From: Mobula hypostoma
Lineage: Eukaryota
Length of the DNA: 64,000 nucleotides
Assembly (NCBI RefSeq): GCF_963921235.1
Contig: NC_086097.1
Location: 94,738,001 to 94,802,000, forward strand
Direction: 5' to 3'
Shown piece by piece: positions 1-11,399 of the stretch. The notes beneath the pieces are model-generated. The model saw nothing but the letters and a program-made list of their open reading frames with translations, was not told the DNA's origin and ran no database searches. How positions within the stretch are numbered: position 1 is the first letter of the stretch; every line of letters starts with the position of its first letter. The position numbers and the translations under genes were made by a program.

Positions 1-175
1 TGTAAACCTGGCATTACCCAGAGCCATTTATAATGCGAGTGGTGCTTTCCCAAATGAGGACATTCAAAGCCTGCATCCTGAAGAACCAGCTCCTGTCTGA
101 CAGCACCCCAGTGTGGGTCATAGGTTCTCACACCTGACCAGTCAGCACTCAGTGCCTGCACGCCCACGGTCTTTA

Positions 176-782
176 GAAACAAAGGAACATAGAAAACCTA
201 CAGCACGATACAGGCCCTTCAGCCCACAAAGCTGTGCTGAACATGTCTTCACCTTAGAACTACCTAGGGTTACCTATAGCCCTCTATTTTTCTGAGCTCC
301 ATGTACCTATCCAGGAGTCTCTTAAAAGACCCTATCGTATCCGCCTCCACCACTGTTGCCAGCAGCCCATTCCACACACTCACCACTCTCTGCGTAAAAA
401 ACTTACCCCTAACATCTCTTCTGTACCTACTTCCAAGCACCTTAAACCTATGTTCTCTTGTGGCAACCATTTCAGCCCTGGGACAAAGCCTCTGACTATC
501 CGCACGATCAATGCCTCTCATTATCTTGTACACCTCTATCAGGTCACCTCTCATCCTTTGTCGCTCCAAGGAGAAAAGGCCAAGTTCACTCAATCTATTC
601 TCATAAGGCGTGCTCCCCAATCCAGGCAACATCCTTGTAAATCTCCTCTGCACTCTTTCTATAGTTTCCACATCCTTCCAGAACTGAGCAGAGTACTCCA
701 AGTGGGGCCTGGCCAGGGTCCTATATAGCTGTAACATTATCTCTCGGCTCTTAAACTCAATCCCACAGTTGATGAAGGCCAC
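176..782 (-). mobile_element. CR1 LINE 3' fragment (C-terminus of ORF2 plus 3' UTR/tail)
   Basis: ORF 270-782(-) has the CR1 C-terminal motifs LYRTLARPHLEY, ERVQRRFTRMLPGL, RGDLIEVYKIM and FFTQRVV..WN.L; TTCTATG-type tail near 180-200. Confidence 0.93.
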
Positions 783-1149
783 CTTTGATCACTTGTTACT
801 CTATGCTGTCCCATTGCATGTCCTTTACTGTACCCCTGGCCTCACCTGCACCTATTTCTGTAACATCCTTCAACCTATAGGCTCCTCTGATTCCCTTCTC
901 TAACAAATTCCATCTTTCAGCCGCTCCACCTCTGCAGAAGTGCTTCCAGGAACTTTTCTTCTAAACCAACGAACCCTTCTGCTTCCCTTCATTCCTTCAA
1001 TGCGCCCTTTAAATTCATGTCCTTGTCCAAACTTTCCATAAACTACCTGTATCATAATTACTTATTCTATTCAGGGATCGCAAGACTCTATCTGACACGG
1101 GTAATGTAAAATACTGCAACTCCTGTTCACTGGTTTATTGGAGAGACTG

Positions 1150-1562
1150 GTGGCAGCGGAGCAACGTGGCCTCGGTTAGAGTGAGGACGAGGCTCACGGC
1201 ACCGGCTTACCCATTGCAGCCGCCCAGGAGGGGAGACGCCAGAGGTGGTGGGACACAGCGTCCATGCTAAACTGTGTTGGCTCGGTGCATTGCATGCATT
1301 CATCTGCGAATTGCTGGGGCTTGTTCTTGCCAATAGCGCCCATGCACCATTAATTCACAAGGCATGTCAACTCAGGGTCTTGGGGATACATAAATGTCTT
1401 TTGTGTGACTATGTTTACTGCTATGTTATATGTGCTATGTGTGCCTTGTGCTGTGTATGACTATCGGTACTGTGTTTTGTACCTTGGCCTGGAGGAACGC
1501 TGTTTCATTTGGCCGTATTCATGGATAGTTGAATGATAATTAAACTTGAACTTGAGCTTGAA
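1150..1562 (+). mobile_element. Non-coding LINE-tailed element (Rex/Babar-type 3' end)
   Basis: Ends in ...gataattaaacttgaacttgagcttga, an (ACTTGA)n tail; 5' boundary uncertain. Confidence 0.55.
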
Positions 1563-1574
1563 AAGATACGACAC

Positions 1575-1785
1575 GTTACCAGGCACTTCCAGCCCAATGA
1601 GCCCACACCCGCGCAACAAGAAACCTGCTAGCCTATAGATCCTTGGCATGTGGGAGGAAACCAGAGCATCTGGAGGAGATCTGTGCAGTGTCTGGGAGAA
1701 CGTTTTAATCCCTTACAGACAGTGCTGGGATTGATCCCAGGCCGCTGGTGCTGTAAGAGCACTGCACCAATCATTACGCTACCCT
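1575..1785 (-). mobile_element. tRNA-derived SINE (HE1/V-SINE-like)
   Basis: Minus strand reads ggtagcgtaatg (A-box-like) ... gggatcaatccc (B-box-like) ... ggtttcctcccacatgccaagg (V-type core). Confidence 0.75.
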
Positions 1786-2519
1786 GCTGCCCATTATCTG
1801 CCTGTAGCTCTAATATCCCTGGAATAACTTACAAAATGAAATTTGATCTTAAAGGAACAGTGAATTTTTGGTGCCAAAGCACCCCGGCACTAAAAGAATC
1901 TGGTGGCAGATTCAGTCTATGGTCCTTGAAGGCGTGGCCAGCATTGTTGTGGTGAATGAAGCTATTACTGCTGATCCCAGTACAGACTGAAAACAAAACT
2001 GTCAGTGCTTGGACTGTTCAAGAGGGTGAGTACCTTCATGCTTACTGTCCTGACCAACATGGCCACAAAACCCCCAACAGCAGGTGTCACAGATCCGGCA
2101 GTGACTCAGGCTGAATCCTGCAGAAGAGGTATGTGAATGCTGTAGGCTGCCTTTCCTGTACAGTGCTCTGAGTACTCATTACAACAGTACTTCAGACCAA
2201 ATATTACACAGAAACTGTAACCACTGGCTTGGAAAAACACACCTTGGAATCTTCCAGAAAGTGCAGCAGAAAATCAATGTTCATCTTTTAGCAAATGTCA
2301 CTAAAATTATTTCCAATTTGTTATCACATTGCAACTGGTAGGATCTATGTGCCATATTTTCTTATAACATATTAAGAGGCCATTTGGCTTATTGAGAGTG
2401 TTCTGGCTGTCAGATCGGTCCTATCAGTCTCACTCCCTCCTTTATTTCCCTGTTACATATTCTCTCTCACACGCTCACAAGCTCATTCAGTTCTTCTGCC
2501 ACCTACCCATACAAAAGGC

Positions 2520-2675
2520 ATTTTACAGCATGCTGTTAACCCACCTGTACACACATCTTTGTGGTGTGGATGGAAACTACGCAGGGTAACTGAATGCGGT
2601 AACAGATGGAACATGCAAACTCCAGGGGTCAGGATTGAAGCTGGAGACCATGGCATGAACTGCTGTGTCACACTG
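2520..2675 (-). mobile_element. Degenerate tRNA-derived SINE fragment
   Basis: Minus strand tcaatcctgacccctggagtttgcatgttcc...catccacaccacaaagatgtgtg resembles the other SINE copies. Confidence 0.55.
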
Positions 2676-2902
2676 TACAAATCAACTGCTGGTTTTCTGA
2701 CTTTTCAATAGTCCTCCGAGGAACATCTTATAGTCGGCAATGCAAACACAATCCTAAAACTGACCCAAATGTCTTAATTGTCGTTAAAAAGCAGACAGAA
2801 GGCTAAATTCTTGGAGATTTAGATCATCATTCAGGCACAACTGTTTGCCCTGGTTTTTAGATTAACTAGAAATCAGTCAATACATTCATCTGACCGTCAA
2901 AG

Positions 2903-3570
2903 CTCAAAGTACATTTATTATCAAAGTGTGTATACTTTGTACAACCTTAACATTCGTCTCCTTACAGGCAGCCACAGAACAAAGAAACCCAATCGAACCC
3001 ATTACATAAAGAAAGCTGTCAAACACCCAATGTGCACAGAGAGCGAGAGAGAGGCAGAGAGAGAGAGAGATTGAGACATTGAGAGAAAGAGAGGGAGAGA
3101 AAGAAATTGAGAGAGATTGAGAGAGAGAGAGAGAGAGACAGAGCGACAGAGAGATTGAGAGAGAGAGATAGAGAGAGAGCGAGAAAGAAGTTATGCAAAC
3201 GATAAAAGAAAGCAAATAACATTCATAACTGAAGTCTATGAAGAGAGTCTCTGCACAGACCGTCAGTTCAGCGCAGAGCTGAGCAAACGTCACTGAGCAA
3301 GGAGCTGAACTCTCCTCGGGCCTCAACATCTTGACCTTTTCAATCTGGCCCGGTGCTTAAACCGTCATCCAAACATCGGGTTGTGTCACTTCGATACTCT
3401 CTGGGGCCTGGACCCCTCCGCCTCGATCGCCCTGTACCTGGCCTTTTCAATTCAGCCTGGTGCTGTGGGACTTTCCTCGCTCTTGCCAGAGGGCTTGTGC
3501 CTTGGTTCTGCCACATCGAGTTGCCTCCAAGTCCAAAGGGAAATTACAGGCTACTGTTTGCGGTGATCTT
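2903..3570 (-). mobile_element. Non-coding LINE-tailed element containing a (GA)n tract
   Basis: Minus-strand tail tacacactttgataataaatgtactttga; body resembles 27950-28280. Confidence 0.6.
3037..3187. repeat. (GA)n/(TC)n microsatellite
   Basis: Imperfect GA run seen directly. Confidence 0.95.
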
Positions 3571-4104
3571 TTACCAGAAAAAGAGTGATTAACAAAATAT
3601 TTAGTTAGTTTCTTTGTTTCATCAGCCACCAGCCAAAACTCACTGAAATTCACCAGCACCATGTTAAACCAGAAGTCATCTATTATGTAATGTAGCTCCA
3701 TACAGAGAATTTTTAACGTGGCTCTCTTCCAGGCTATGAATGTAACTCACTAATGCCTCTCATCAATATAATTCAGTGTAAATTATTGTCATTTGATAAC
3801 AGATATAATATTGTTTTTCCTTTGCCAAATGCCCAACTCGTACTTGCAATACCTCCCTTTATTACTTTACTAAAGTGAAACTCATAATGACAAATATGTA
3901 TTATGTAATATCAGTTTCCTGCTTCACAAATCAATGAAGTATTTTCAAGCAATTTTTTTGCAGGAGCTTATAATCAAGACATTAAAATTGTCTTAACCAT
4001 AAAACGTCACCGTGCTGAGTTGTATCTTCTGATTGTGAAGATATCAGTGACCATGGTCAATCTTAGTTCAGTTACTCAGTTGTCAGCACATTAAACTGGT
4101 CTCA

Positions 4105-4325
4105 TACTTCCTGGAGGCTGGACGGATTCCTGGGAGAAACTAAGCTGCCTGGGTCTGTACTGTCTGGAATTCAAAAGAATAATGATCTCACTAAAAATCA
4201 CAGAATTCTTACAGGACTTCACCGTTAAAATTCGGAGCTGATGGTTCCTCTGGCTGGATAGTCAAGAATTATGGGGTCACTGTCTCAAAATAAGCGGCCG
4301 GCCATTCAGCACAGAGAAGAGGTGA
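4105..4325 (+). mobile_element. Old CR1 3' fragment
   Basis: ctgggtctgtactgtctggaattcaaaagaat...ggggtcactgtctcaaaataagcggccggccattcagcacagag matches the CR1 3' ORF2 pattern. Confidence 0.65.
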
Positions 4326-4364
4326 CAGTGTAACTCCAGTTATAAATCAGTCCAACCTAAGTAT

Positions 4365-4870
4365 GTAAGAAAACTCATCTTCTCCTCTGTGCCAATGCCT
4401 CACAACCCTTAAATCTCCAATTTTAAAATGCAGTTGCCTCCTCTTTAAATAATGGCAATGATCCAGCCTCCATGACTCCGTGAGACTCATCATGCTCTGA
4501 GAGAGAAAAGTCCTGTGCACCTCAATTCTAAACGTAGCTCTGCCCCCCTCCCCCCGCAGCTCGAGTCTCCCCCTCACTGGTGGAAACATCTCAGCATCTA
4601 CCCTGTTGTGTCCTCTCAGGACTTTAGACCATAAAGACTGTAAGATATAGGAGCAGAATTGGGCATTCGGCCCATCGAATCTACTCTGCCATTTCATCAT
4701 GGCTGATTCCTTTTCCCCCTCAACCTTATTCTCCTGCCTTCTCCCTGTAACCTGTAAGACCATGTAATATAGGAGCAGAATCAGCCCATTCAGCCAAATT
4801 CTATACAGTTTATATGCAAGATCACCCCTCATTCTTTTAAACTATGAAGAATACAGGCCTAATTTCTTTA
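4365..4870 (-). mobile_element. Stacked CR1 3'-end fragments
   Basis: Repeated ccataagatataggagcagaatt-type 3' UTR motifs (about 4630 and 4760); MRGDL in ORF 4347-4832. Confidence 0.7.
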
Positions 4871-5579
4871 ATCCTTTATCACAGGGCAACAATTTCTCCC
4901 CTTAACAAAGCTGATATTTTTGACAAATTATCTGAGGCTGGAACAGTTCATACAGATGGGGTAAAACTGGAAGCTTCTCCTGTGTGTCTTGGGGTCAGGC
5001 TGATACAGCCACTGGTGACCCACCTCAGAAAATAACCCACTCCCAGAGTGACAAAGTTATACAGCATGGAAACAAGCCCTTCAGCCCACCCACTTATACT
5101 AACCCCTCACCATTCCCACACTATTGTCCCCATATCCCCATCAACTTCCTCTCATCCATACACTGGAGACAAATTCCAAGGAGAACACGCAAACACTGCC
5201 TGAGGACAGGATTGAACTCGGGCCCCTGGAGTGTGAGACAGCAGGTCTACCAGTTGTGCCTCTTCTCTTTGATTAAAACCACATGCAGAACATACGGGGA
5301 GATTAGCCACCTGTAATTCACCAGCAAGACAGGGATATTCATGTCTGAATACACACAGGCTGAGGTACTGAAATTGCTTGTACTCACAGAGGGAGCTGCC
5401 AGCAATAATAGATAGCATTGACGAAGGTCTCAGTACTGGGGCATGCATGGAGCTGCTGTTCAATTAGATCATCTGTCTCACCTGAATCTAAATCGTTTAC
5501 CCATCCCCGACCCCAGATTTTCTCACCCCAATCCTTCCCAACCTGATCCAATCCTTGCCACCCTAATCCATCCCATCCA

Positions 5580-6040
5580 AATCCTTTCTACCCTCCCACT
5601 AAATCCATCCCACCTCAATCCTTCCCACCCTCCCACTAAATTCATCACACCACTATCCTTCCCATCCTCCCACTAAATCCATCCCACCTCAATCCTTCCC
5701 ACCCTCCCACTAAATCCATCCCAGCTCAATCCTTCCCACCCTCCCACTAAATTCATCCCTAGTCCATCCCATCCAAATCCTTTCTACCCTCCCATTAAAT
5801 CCATCCCACCTCAATCCATCCCACCCTCCCACTAAATTCATCCCACCACTATCCTTCCCACCCTCCCACTAAGTTCATCCCACCTCAATCCTTCCCACCT
5901 TCCCACTAAATTCATCACACCACTATCCTTCCCACTCTCGCACTAAATCCATCCCATCCCAATCCTTCCCACTCTCCCACAATATCCATCCCACCTCAAT
6001 CCTTCCCACTCTCCCACTAAATCCATCCCACCTCAATCAT
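5580..6040. repeat. C-rich minisatellite, ~36-37 bp unit (cctcccactaaatccatcccacctcaatccttccca)
   Basis: About 12 imperfect tandem copies seen directly; followed by a polypyrimidine tract to about 6310. Confidence 0.9.
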
Positions 6041-8421
6041 TGTCCCCCAGTCCTCCCCAATCCTTCTTGTCTCAAAGCTTCCACCCACACCAAATCCTTT
6101 CCTTCCTCAGTCCTTCCCATATTCCCATTCCTTTCCTTTCCATCCCCTTCTTCTCTCCCTCCATCTCCATCCCCTTCCTGTCCCTTTCCATCAGCTTCCT
6201 CTCTATCTCCTCTCTACCTCCCTCTCCACTCCACTCTCCATCCCTTTTCTATCTCCCTCTCCATCACCCTCCTCATCCCTGCCTCTCTCCATGTTTGTCT
6301 CCTTCCCTCGACAGAGTGGGAAATCCCCAGTCTGTAGGGTTGTGCCCGGAGCCATGTCCTAAGCATGTAGGAAGAGTGCCACTTCAGATCAGTGGAGGGA
6401 GGGACCACCGAACCATTCCACTTACACCTGTGGTTTGACTCTAATTTCTCTCATATGGTTTGCCGAGTGCCTGTGTGTATGTCTGTGCCTGGAAGCTCTG
6501 GGTTTTATGTAATAAAATCGGTTGACTTGTGGCTGTTTTCAAACACAGCCAAAGGACAGGCAGTCTACAGACCACCCAAAACTTATTCATCCGGTCTCAT
6601 CTTAATGACTTGTATTTGGCAATTAAAAGAGCAGTGATACTGCTCGCGTTTGGCTTGTTATACAGTGAAATAGCAACTTCAGCTGCGTGTGCACGCTGAA
6701 GTCTACAGCTTGCTCTCAACAATTCCACTTAGTGTGTTATTGTGCATTCCTTCAGTACGATCAATAGCATCAGTGAACTGGCATCATTTTTCAATATGAT
6801 CAATTATTCCCCAGTTCCAAAACAACTGCAGCAATTTCATTTGTGTGGGGTGCGATTGATTTTATAAAGACATGCACAGTTGTCACTATTGCTTAACTAT
6901 CTCTGCCAGGCCTGGATAATTAATTTTAAAACTGTGAAATGACATTCCAAAAATAAGCAAGGGATCCAATCGTTATTAGACCAGCAGCTGGAGTTCAAGT
7001 CCATTGATCTTCAGATCTGAGTTCAAATTTCTCTGTGGCTGAAAGGTTTTAAATTTTAGGTAAGTAAATAAAATTGGAACTGAAAGAAATATAACTTTTG
7101 TTGGAGAGGCAGAAATAGCTCTGATGCCTATCACTCCAACCACTGGCCCTTTTTGATTGCTTTGGAGGTTTTCTCTACACTCCCTCAGGACATAGCTGTC
7201 CTTGGCTTAAGCAGAGTCAAAACTGCCCGTGACTGCCCACGTTGTTCTATTCCATGACTCTAGCTCATGGATGTTGGAGACTGTTGAATGCAGAGGGAGG
7301 GCAGGTAGAGTGGGGCAGGGGGGAGGAACCCTGAGCTGAGTTTTGGCTCTCAGAGAGCCAAAGGGGCAAATGGTAGAAAACCTAAAGCAGCCGGGGCAGG
7401 GGAGGGGGGAAGCGTGTGAAATGAGTCCAGGTTGCTCCATTGTCAGAGCCACAGCCTCTGCTGTGACTCGGGGCGGGTCTGACCTCAGGTTGCCAGAGCA
7501 GAGGGTGAAATGGAACCAATGGCTGACCCACTTTCTGCCTGAGCCGTCCACCCACTGGTGAACCTGAGCCAGCACGGCAGATGGAACTTCGGAGAGGTGG
7601 TTGGAAACTTACAGCCTGTGTCACCCCGATCACGTGGGCCACTGTACAACGAGAAAACACAAGCTGTGGTAAGTCACTTCCTCCACCCATACAGCCATAC
7701 TGTAACTGAGAGCTTGTTGCATAAACATCCTGTCAAGAGGCTGGAAAACACATTTGTACCCAACCACTAGGCAATAAGGCACCTGTCTCCTACACTATCA
7801 AGAACTGTGGTAAGCTCCCATCTTCTAGACTTCATTCTCTCTACAAAGACTCATCTAGGCACCCAATTTTGCCTGACATTTCCTGAAGCTGTTGTAGAGA
7901 TCTCAAAGCTGATAACCCATAGTTACATTCCCTCCTAATCAATTAACAATCTGTAGCGCTTATAAGCACAACACAGAAAACATCTCATCTGGTTCATAAT
8001 AACTTGGTACGGCAACTGCTCTGCCCAACACCGCAAGAAATTGCCAAGACTAGTGAGCACATCCCAGTTCATGAAGAAAACCAGCTTCCCCTGCATGGAC
8101 TCTGTCTGCATTTCCTACCACCCTGAGAAAGCAGCCAACATAATTAAAAACCCCTCCCGCCCCAGTTATTGTCTCTTCTCCCACCCTCCATTGAGCAGAA
8201 GATACAAAGCTCGGGAGCGTGCACTAGGATCCTGCACTTATAGGGCTATTGAATGGACTTGTTGAACAAAGAGAAACTCTTGATTTCCCAGTCTACCCCA
8301 TCGTGGCCTTTGTAGCTCAGGACAACTGAACTACAAAGGCCACTTTCTCTGTAACTGTATATTCTGTATTCCATCACTGATTTCCTCTTATACTGTACAG
8401 ATGGCAAGTAAGCAAAAACTT

Positions 8422-8554
8422 TTCAAGCAACACACATCAAAGTTGCTGGTGAAGGCAGCAGGCCAGGCAGCACCTCTAGGAAGAGGTACAGTCGACGTTT
8501 CGGGCTGGGACCCTTCGTCAGGACTAACTGAAGGAAGAGCTAGTAAGAGATTTG
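8422..8554 (-). mobile_element. Penelope-like element pLTR fragment with hammerhead motif
   Basis: Near-identical to parts of the copies at 10330-10627 and 47547-47678; flanked by the direct repeat AAAAACTT (8414-8421 and 8555-8562). Confidence 0.8.
8488..8527 (-). ncRNA. Minimal type-I hammerhead ribozyme motif, intact core
   Basis: Minus strand UUAGUC-CUGACGA-A-GGGU CCCA GCCC-GAAAC-GUC-GACUGU: stem I UAGUC/GACUG, core CUGANGA and GAAA, GUC cleavage triplet, palindromic ACGU helix III. Confidence 0.8.
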
Positions 8555-8811
8555 AAAAACTTCTCAATGTATCTCAGTGTGTGTGACAAGAATAAAGCTT
8601 ACCAAATCACGTAGGCACTAGGACAGGGATCCGCTCATAGGCACCCCAGGGTAATGGTGAATACAGTTTTATTCAAGCCTTCTGGCTCTTCCACAGAGTT
8701 TACGGTGAGGGTTTTCGAAGGATCTCACAGACATTCAGATGTGCAGTCTTTGATGCCGACAGTCATACATGGTCTACATGGATAGATATCCAGAACTGGG
8801 GCTTCACTTAC

Positions 8812-8919
8812 ATTGTCTCCCTTCAGCTAGAGAGGGCTGCAAATATTGGGCAGCAATCCTCTCAAATGGAGGGTTTTGAGCGAGGTAATGAGGAAAGCAG
8901 CTTCTAATGGCAGGAGGGT
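8812..8919 (-). other. Candidate 108-nt internal exon of an unknown transcript
   Basis: Acceptor ctgtcctttgattacag| and donor |gtaagt; open only in phase 1-1 as (D)PPAIRSCFPHYLAQNPPFERIAAQYLQPSLAEGRQ; no recognised homology. Confidence 0.3.
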
Positions 8920-9054
8920 CTGTAATCAAAGGACAGGTTGGAAAAGACTCAGAGGTGATGAAAGGAAACTTTATATGATACACAAGCGACCTGCCACCAT
9001 TGGGATGACGGAAAGCAAATGGATAAGATCCCTGAGTGGAAATAATAAATAACG

Positions 9055-9335
9055 AATGGAGCAGCCTCCTCACAGCTCCAGAGACCCGTGTTCAGTCCTG
9101 GCCTTGGATGCTGTCTGCATGGAGTTTGCACGTTCCCCCTGTAACTACATGGGATTCCTCCAGGTGCTCTGATTCCCTCCCATATCCTAAAGACATACGG
9201 GTCAGTAGGTTAATTGTAAAGGTGAGGTGGGGTGCTTGTGAGCACGTGAGGGGGACCAGGTTACAATGGGACATAGATGATGCGATTATCCTTAAAGGCT
9301 GTTGAGCTCAATTGGCCAAATGGCCTATTTCTATG
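9055..9335 (+). mobile_element. tRNA-derived V-type SINE with CR1-like tail
   Basis: cctcacagctccagagacccgtgttcagtcc...ggagtttgcacgttcccc...ctcccatatcctaaagac...taggttaattg. Confidence 0.8.
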
Positions 9336-10127
9336 AAAGACTAAATATGACAGGGCGGGGGAGAGGATCTAATCGGACAGCTGTACCCTCACGGGGTGAG
9401 CATTCTTCTCTGGTGCATCATTGTTTGATTCTATGTAACATGCTCAACTTGATGGTGCCTCCATGCACTGGTAAAGCTGTGAGTCTCGCATCTTGCAGTG
9501 CTGTCGCAGAATGTCCTCATTGCGTCTGTGCCTTCAGTTAAAGGGGATACGGATGGGATTCAGACCCTGAGCGGCTGGACTTGTTTCATGTCTGACAAGA
9601 GTCTCAGTTTCCAGCCGCCCTGACCCCCCCCCCCCCCACCGGCTATGGAAGCAGAGGAAACGTGAAGTCACTTCCTGAAGATATAGAGAAATGCTGTTGA
9701 ATGGAAAGTGAGAAGCGTGTGGTTAAAGAAGCTGAGGCAAGAGGCCCCAGTGATCACCGGAGCTGCACCCACAGCACCTTCACAGACTGCAACAGCCAAC
9801 CGTGAACACAACGGTGCTCAGCACGCACTGACATCATTCAAGCGTCCTAAAGGTCACTGAAGAAAGTTCCAGCATGCCGGCAGAGAGTGAGGGAAAGTCA
9901 CAAATGACTCAGTTCTAGTACAACAGTGTTGCATCTCTGCATTTTTGCAGAGAGCTACGAACCTGCATCAAATGCGTATACATTTTATAATATAACAGAA
10001 TGTAGCTCTGTGATCATAACATACAGCATGCCTTTCCAGTCATAATATTCAGAGCGTGGTTTCACTCCTTTATACATGAACTCTATGTTTATCACTGTTT
10101 TACCTCTGCATTTATTATATACTGTAA

Positions 10128-10875
10128 CAAAGTTCAAAGTTGAAATTTTGTTATCGAAGTACATCTATGTCACCACATGCCAATTCTGAGACTCGTTTCC
10201 CTGTGGGCACACTCAGCAATCTATAGAATAGTAACTGTAACAGGATCAATGAAAGATCAACTGGAAGACAACAAACTGTGTAAATGCAAATGTAAATAAA
10301 TAGCAATAAATAATGAGAACATGAAATAACAAACAACACACATAGAAGTTGCTTGATAAAAGTCATATCCCTTTTACCAATCAACTGTCCATCTCTTGGC
10401 TCCATCCCTCCCCCTCCTGTCTTCTCCTATCATTTTGGATCTCCCCCTCCCCCTCCCACTTTCAAATCTCTTACTAGCTCTTCCTTCAGTTAGTCCTGAC
10501 GAAGGGTCTCGGCCCGGAACGTCGACTGTACCTCTTCCTAGAGATGCTGCCTGGCCTGCTGCGATCACCAGCAACTTTGATGTGTGTTGCTTGAAATTCC
10601 AGCATCTGCAGAATTCCTCGTGTTTGTATGAAATAATAAGCCCTATTTGTTGTGGGAACATCTCAATGGATGGGCAGGTGAATGTAGTTATCCCCCTGTG
10701 TTCAAGAGTCTGATGGTTGAGGGGTAGTAACTGTTCCCTGACCTTTGTGATGCGAGTCCTGAGGCTTTTGTACCTTCTACCTGATGGCAGCCACAAGAAA
10801 AGGGCATAGCCTGGGTGGTGAGGATCTCTGATGAGGGAGGCTGCTTTTCTACAACAACGTTTCATGTAGATGTCA
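10128..10875 (-). mobile_element. Rex/Babar LINE 3' fragment hosting a Penelope-type insertion
   Basis: RKAASLIRDPHHPGYALFLWLPSGRRYKSLRT; tail cgataacaaaatttcaactttgaactttg. Confidence 0.85.
10330..10627 (+). mobile_element. Penelope-like pLTR element with short inverted 5' copy; hammerhead motif at 10491-10528 (core mutated GAAA>GGAA)
   Basis: tagtcCTGACGAagggtctcggcccGGAACgtcgactg; caacacacatagaagttgct (10334-10353) is an inverted copy of agcaactttgatgtgtgttg; flanking direct repeat ATGAAATAA (10321-10329 and 10628-10636). Confidence 0.8.
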
Positions 10876-11399
10876 ATGCATTCAATATCAATGTATTCAT
10901 AATATTCACAGTATGTTGTATCTATCCATGTCTCTAGGGTTGCATTTACATTGGTCATATTCACAACCCTCACTACCCATTATTTCCTGTCAGTCTATAT
11001 TTATGATGTACTCACAGCAGAGTATCAGATTTTTAATAAGAACCTAAGCATTAGCAGCAAGAGTAGATCACTCGTCTCCTTGATTCTGGTCTATGACTCA
11101 ATAAGACTATGGTTTGGAATGCCTCTCATGTCTACAGGCCAAGTGCCAAGCAAGAGAAGGTGGAAGTAGACTGAATAACCGTGCTGAGACTGCCACAGAT
11201 AGAGAAGAATGAACTGCCTCCTCCTGTGTCAAACTCAACTTTAATGCCATATGTACGCACATGTACTCACAGGTACAATGAATTACTTTCTTGCAAGCAG
11301 TGTTACAGGTACATCACACCTTATAAGTGGCATTCACAAGAAAAATATAAATTAAACATGAATTGTACATTATTTTTACAAGAAAGGACACATTTCGAC

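Larger units (their letters stand above)
7960..8595 (+). mobile_element. Rex/Babar-type LINE 3' fragment interrupted by a Penelope-type insertion
   Basis: KAANIIKNPSRPSYCLFS.PPLSRRY motif; tail tgtgtgacaagaataaa. Confidence 0.75.

Noticed and set aside
2904..3329. Ser/Leu-rich membrane protein
   Set aside because: Translation of a (TC)n tract within a repeat
10374..10973. 199-aa novel protein
   Set aside because: Chance read-through of a Rex fragment into the antisense Penelope pLTR; the same peptide (QHTSKLLV..AGQAA) recurs at 8401 and 47400
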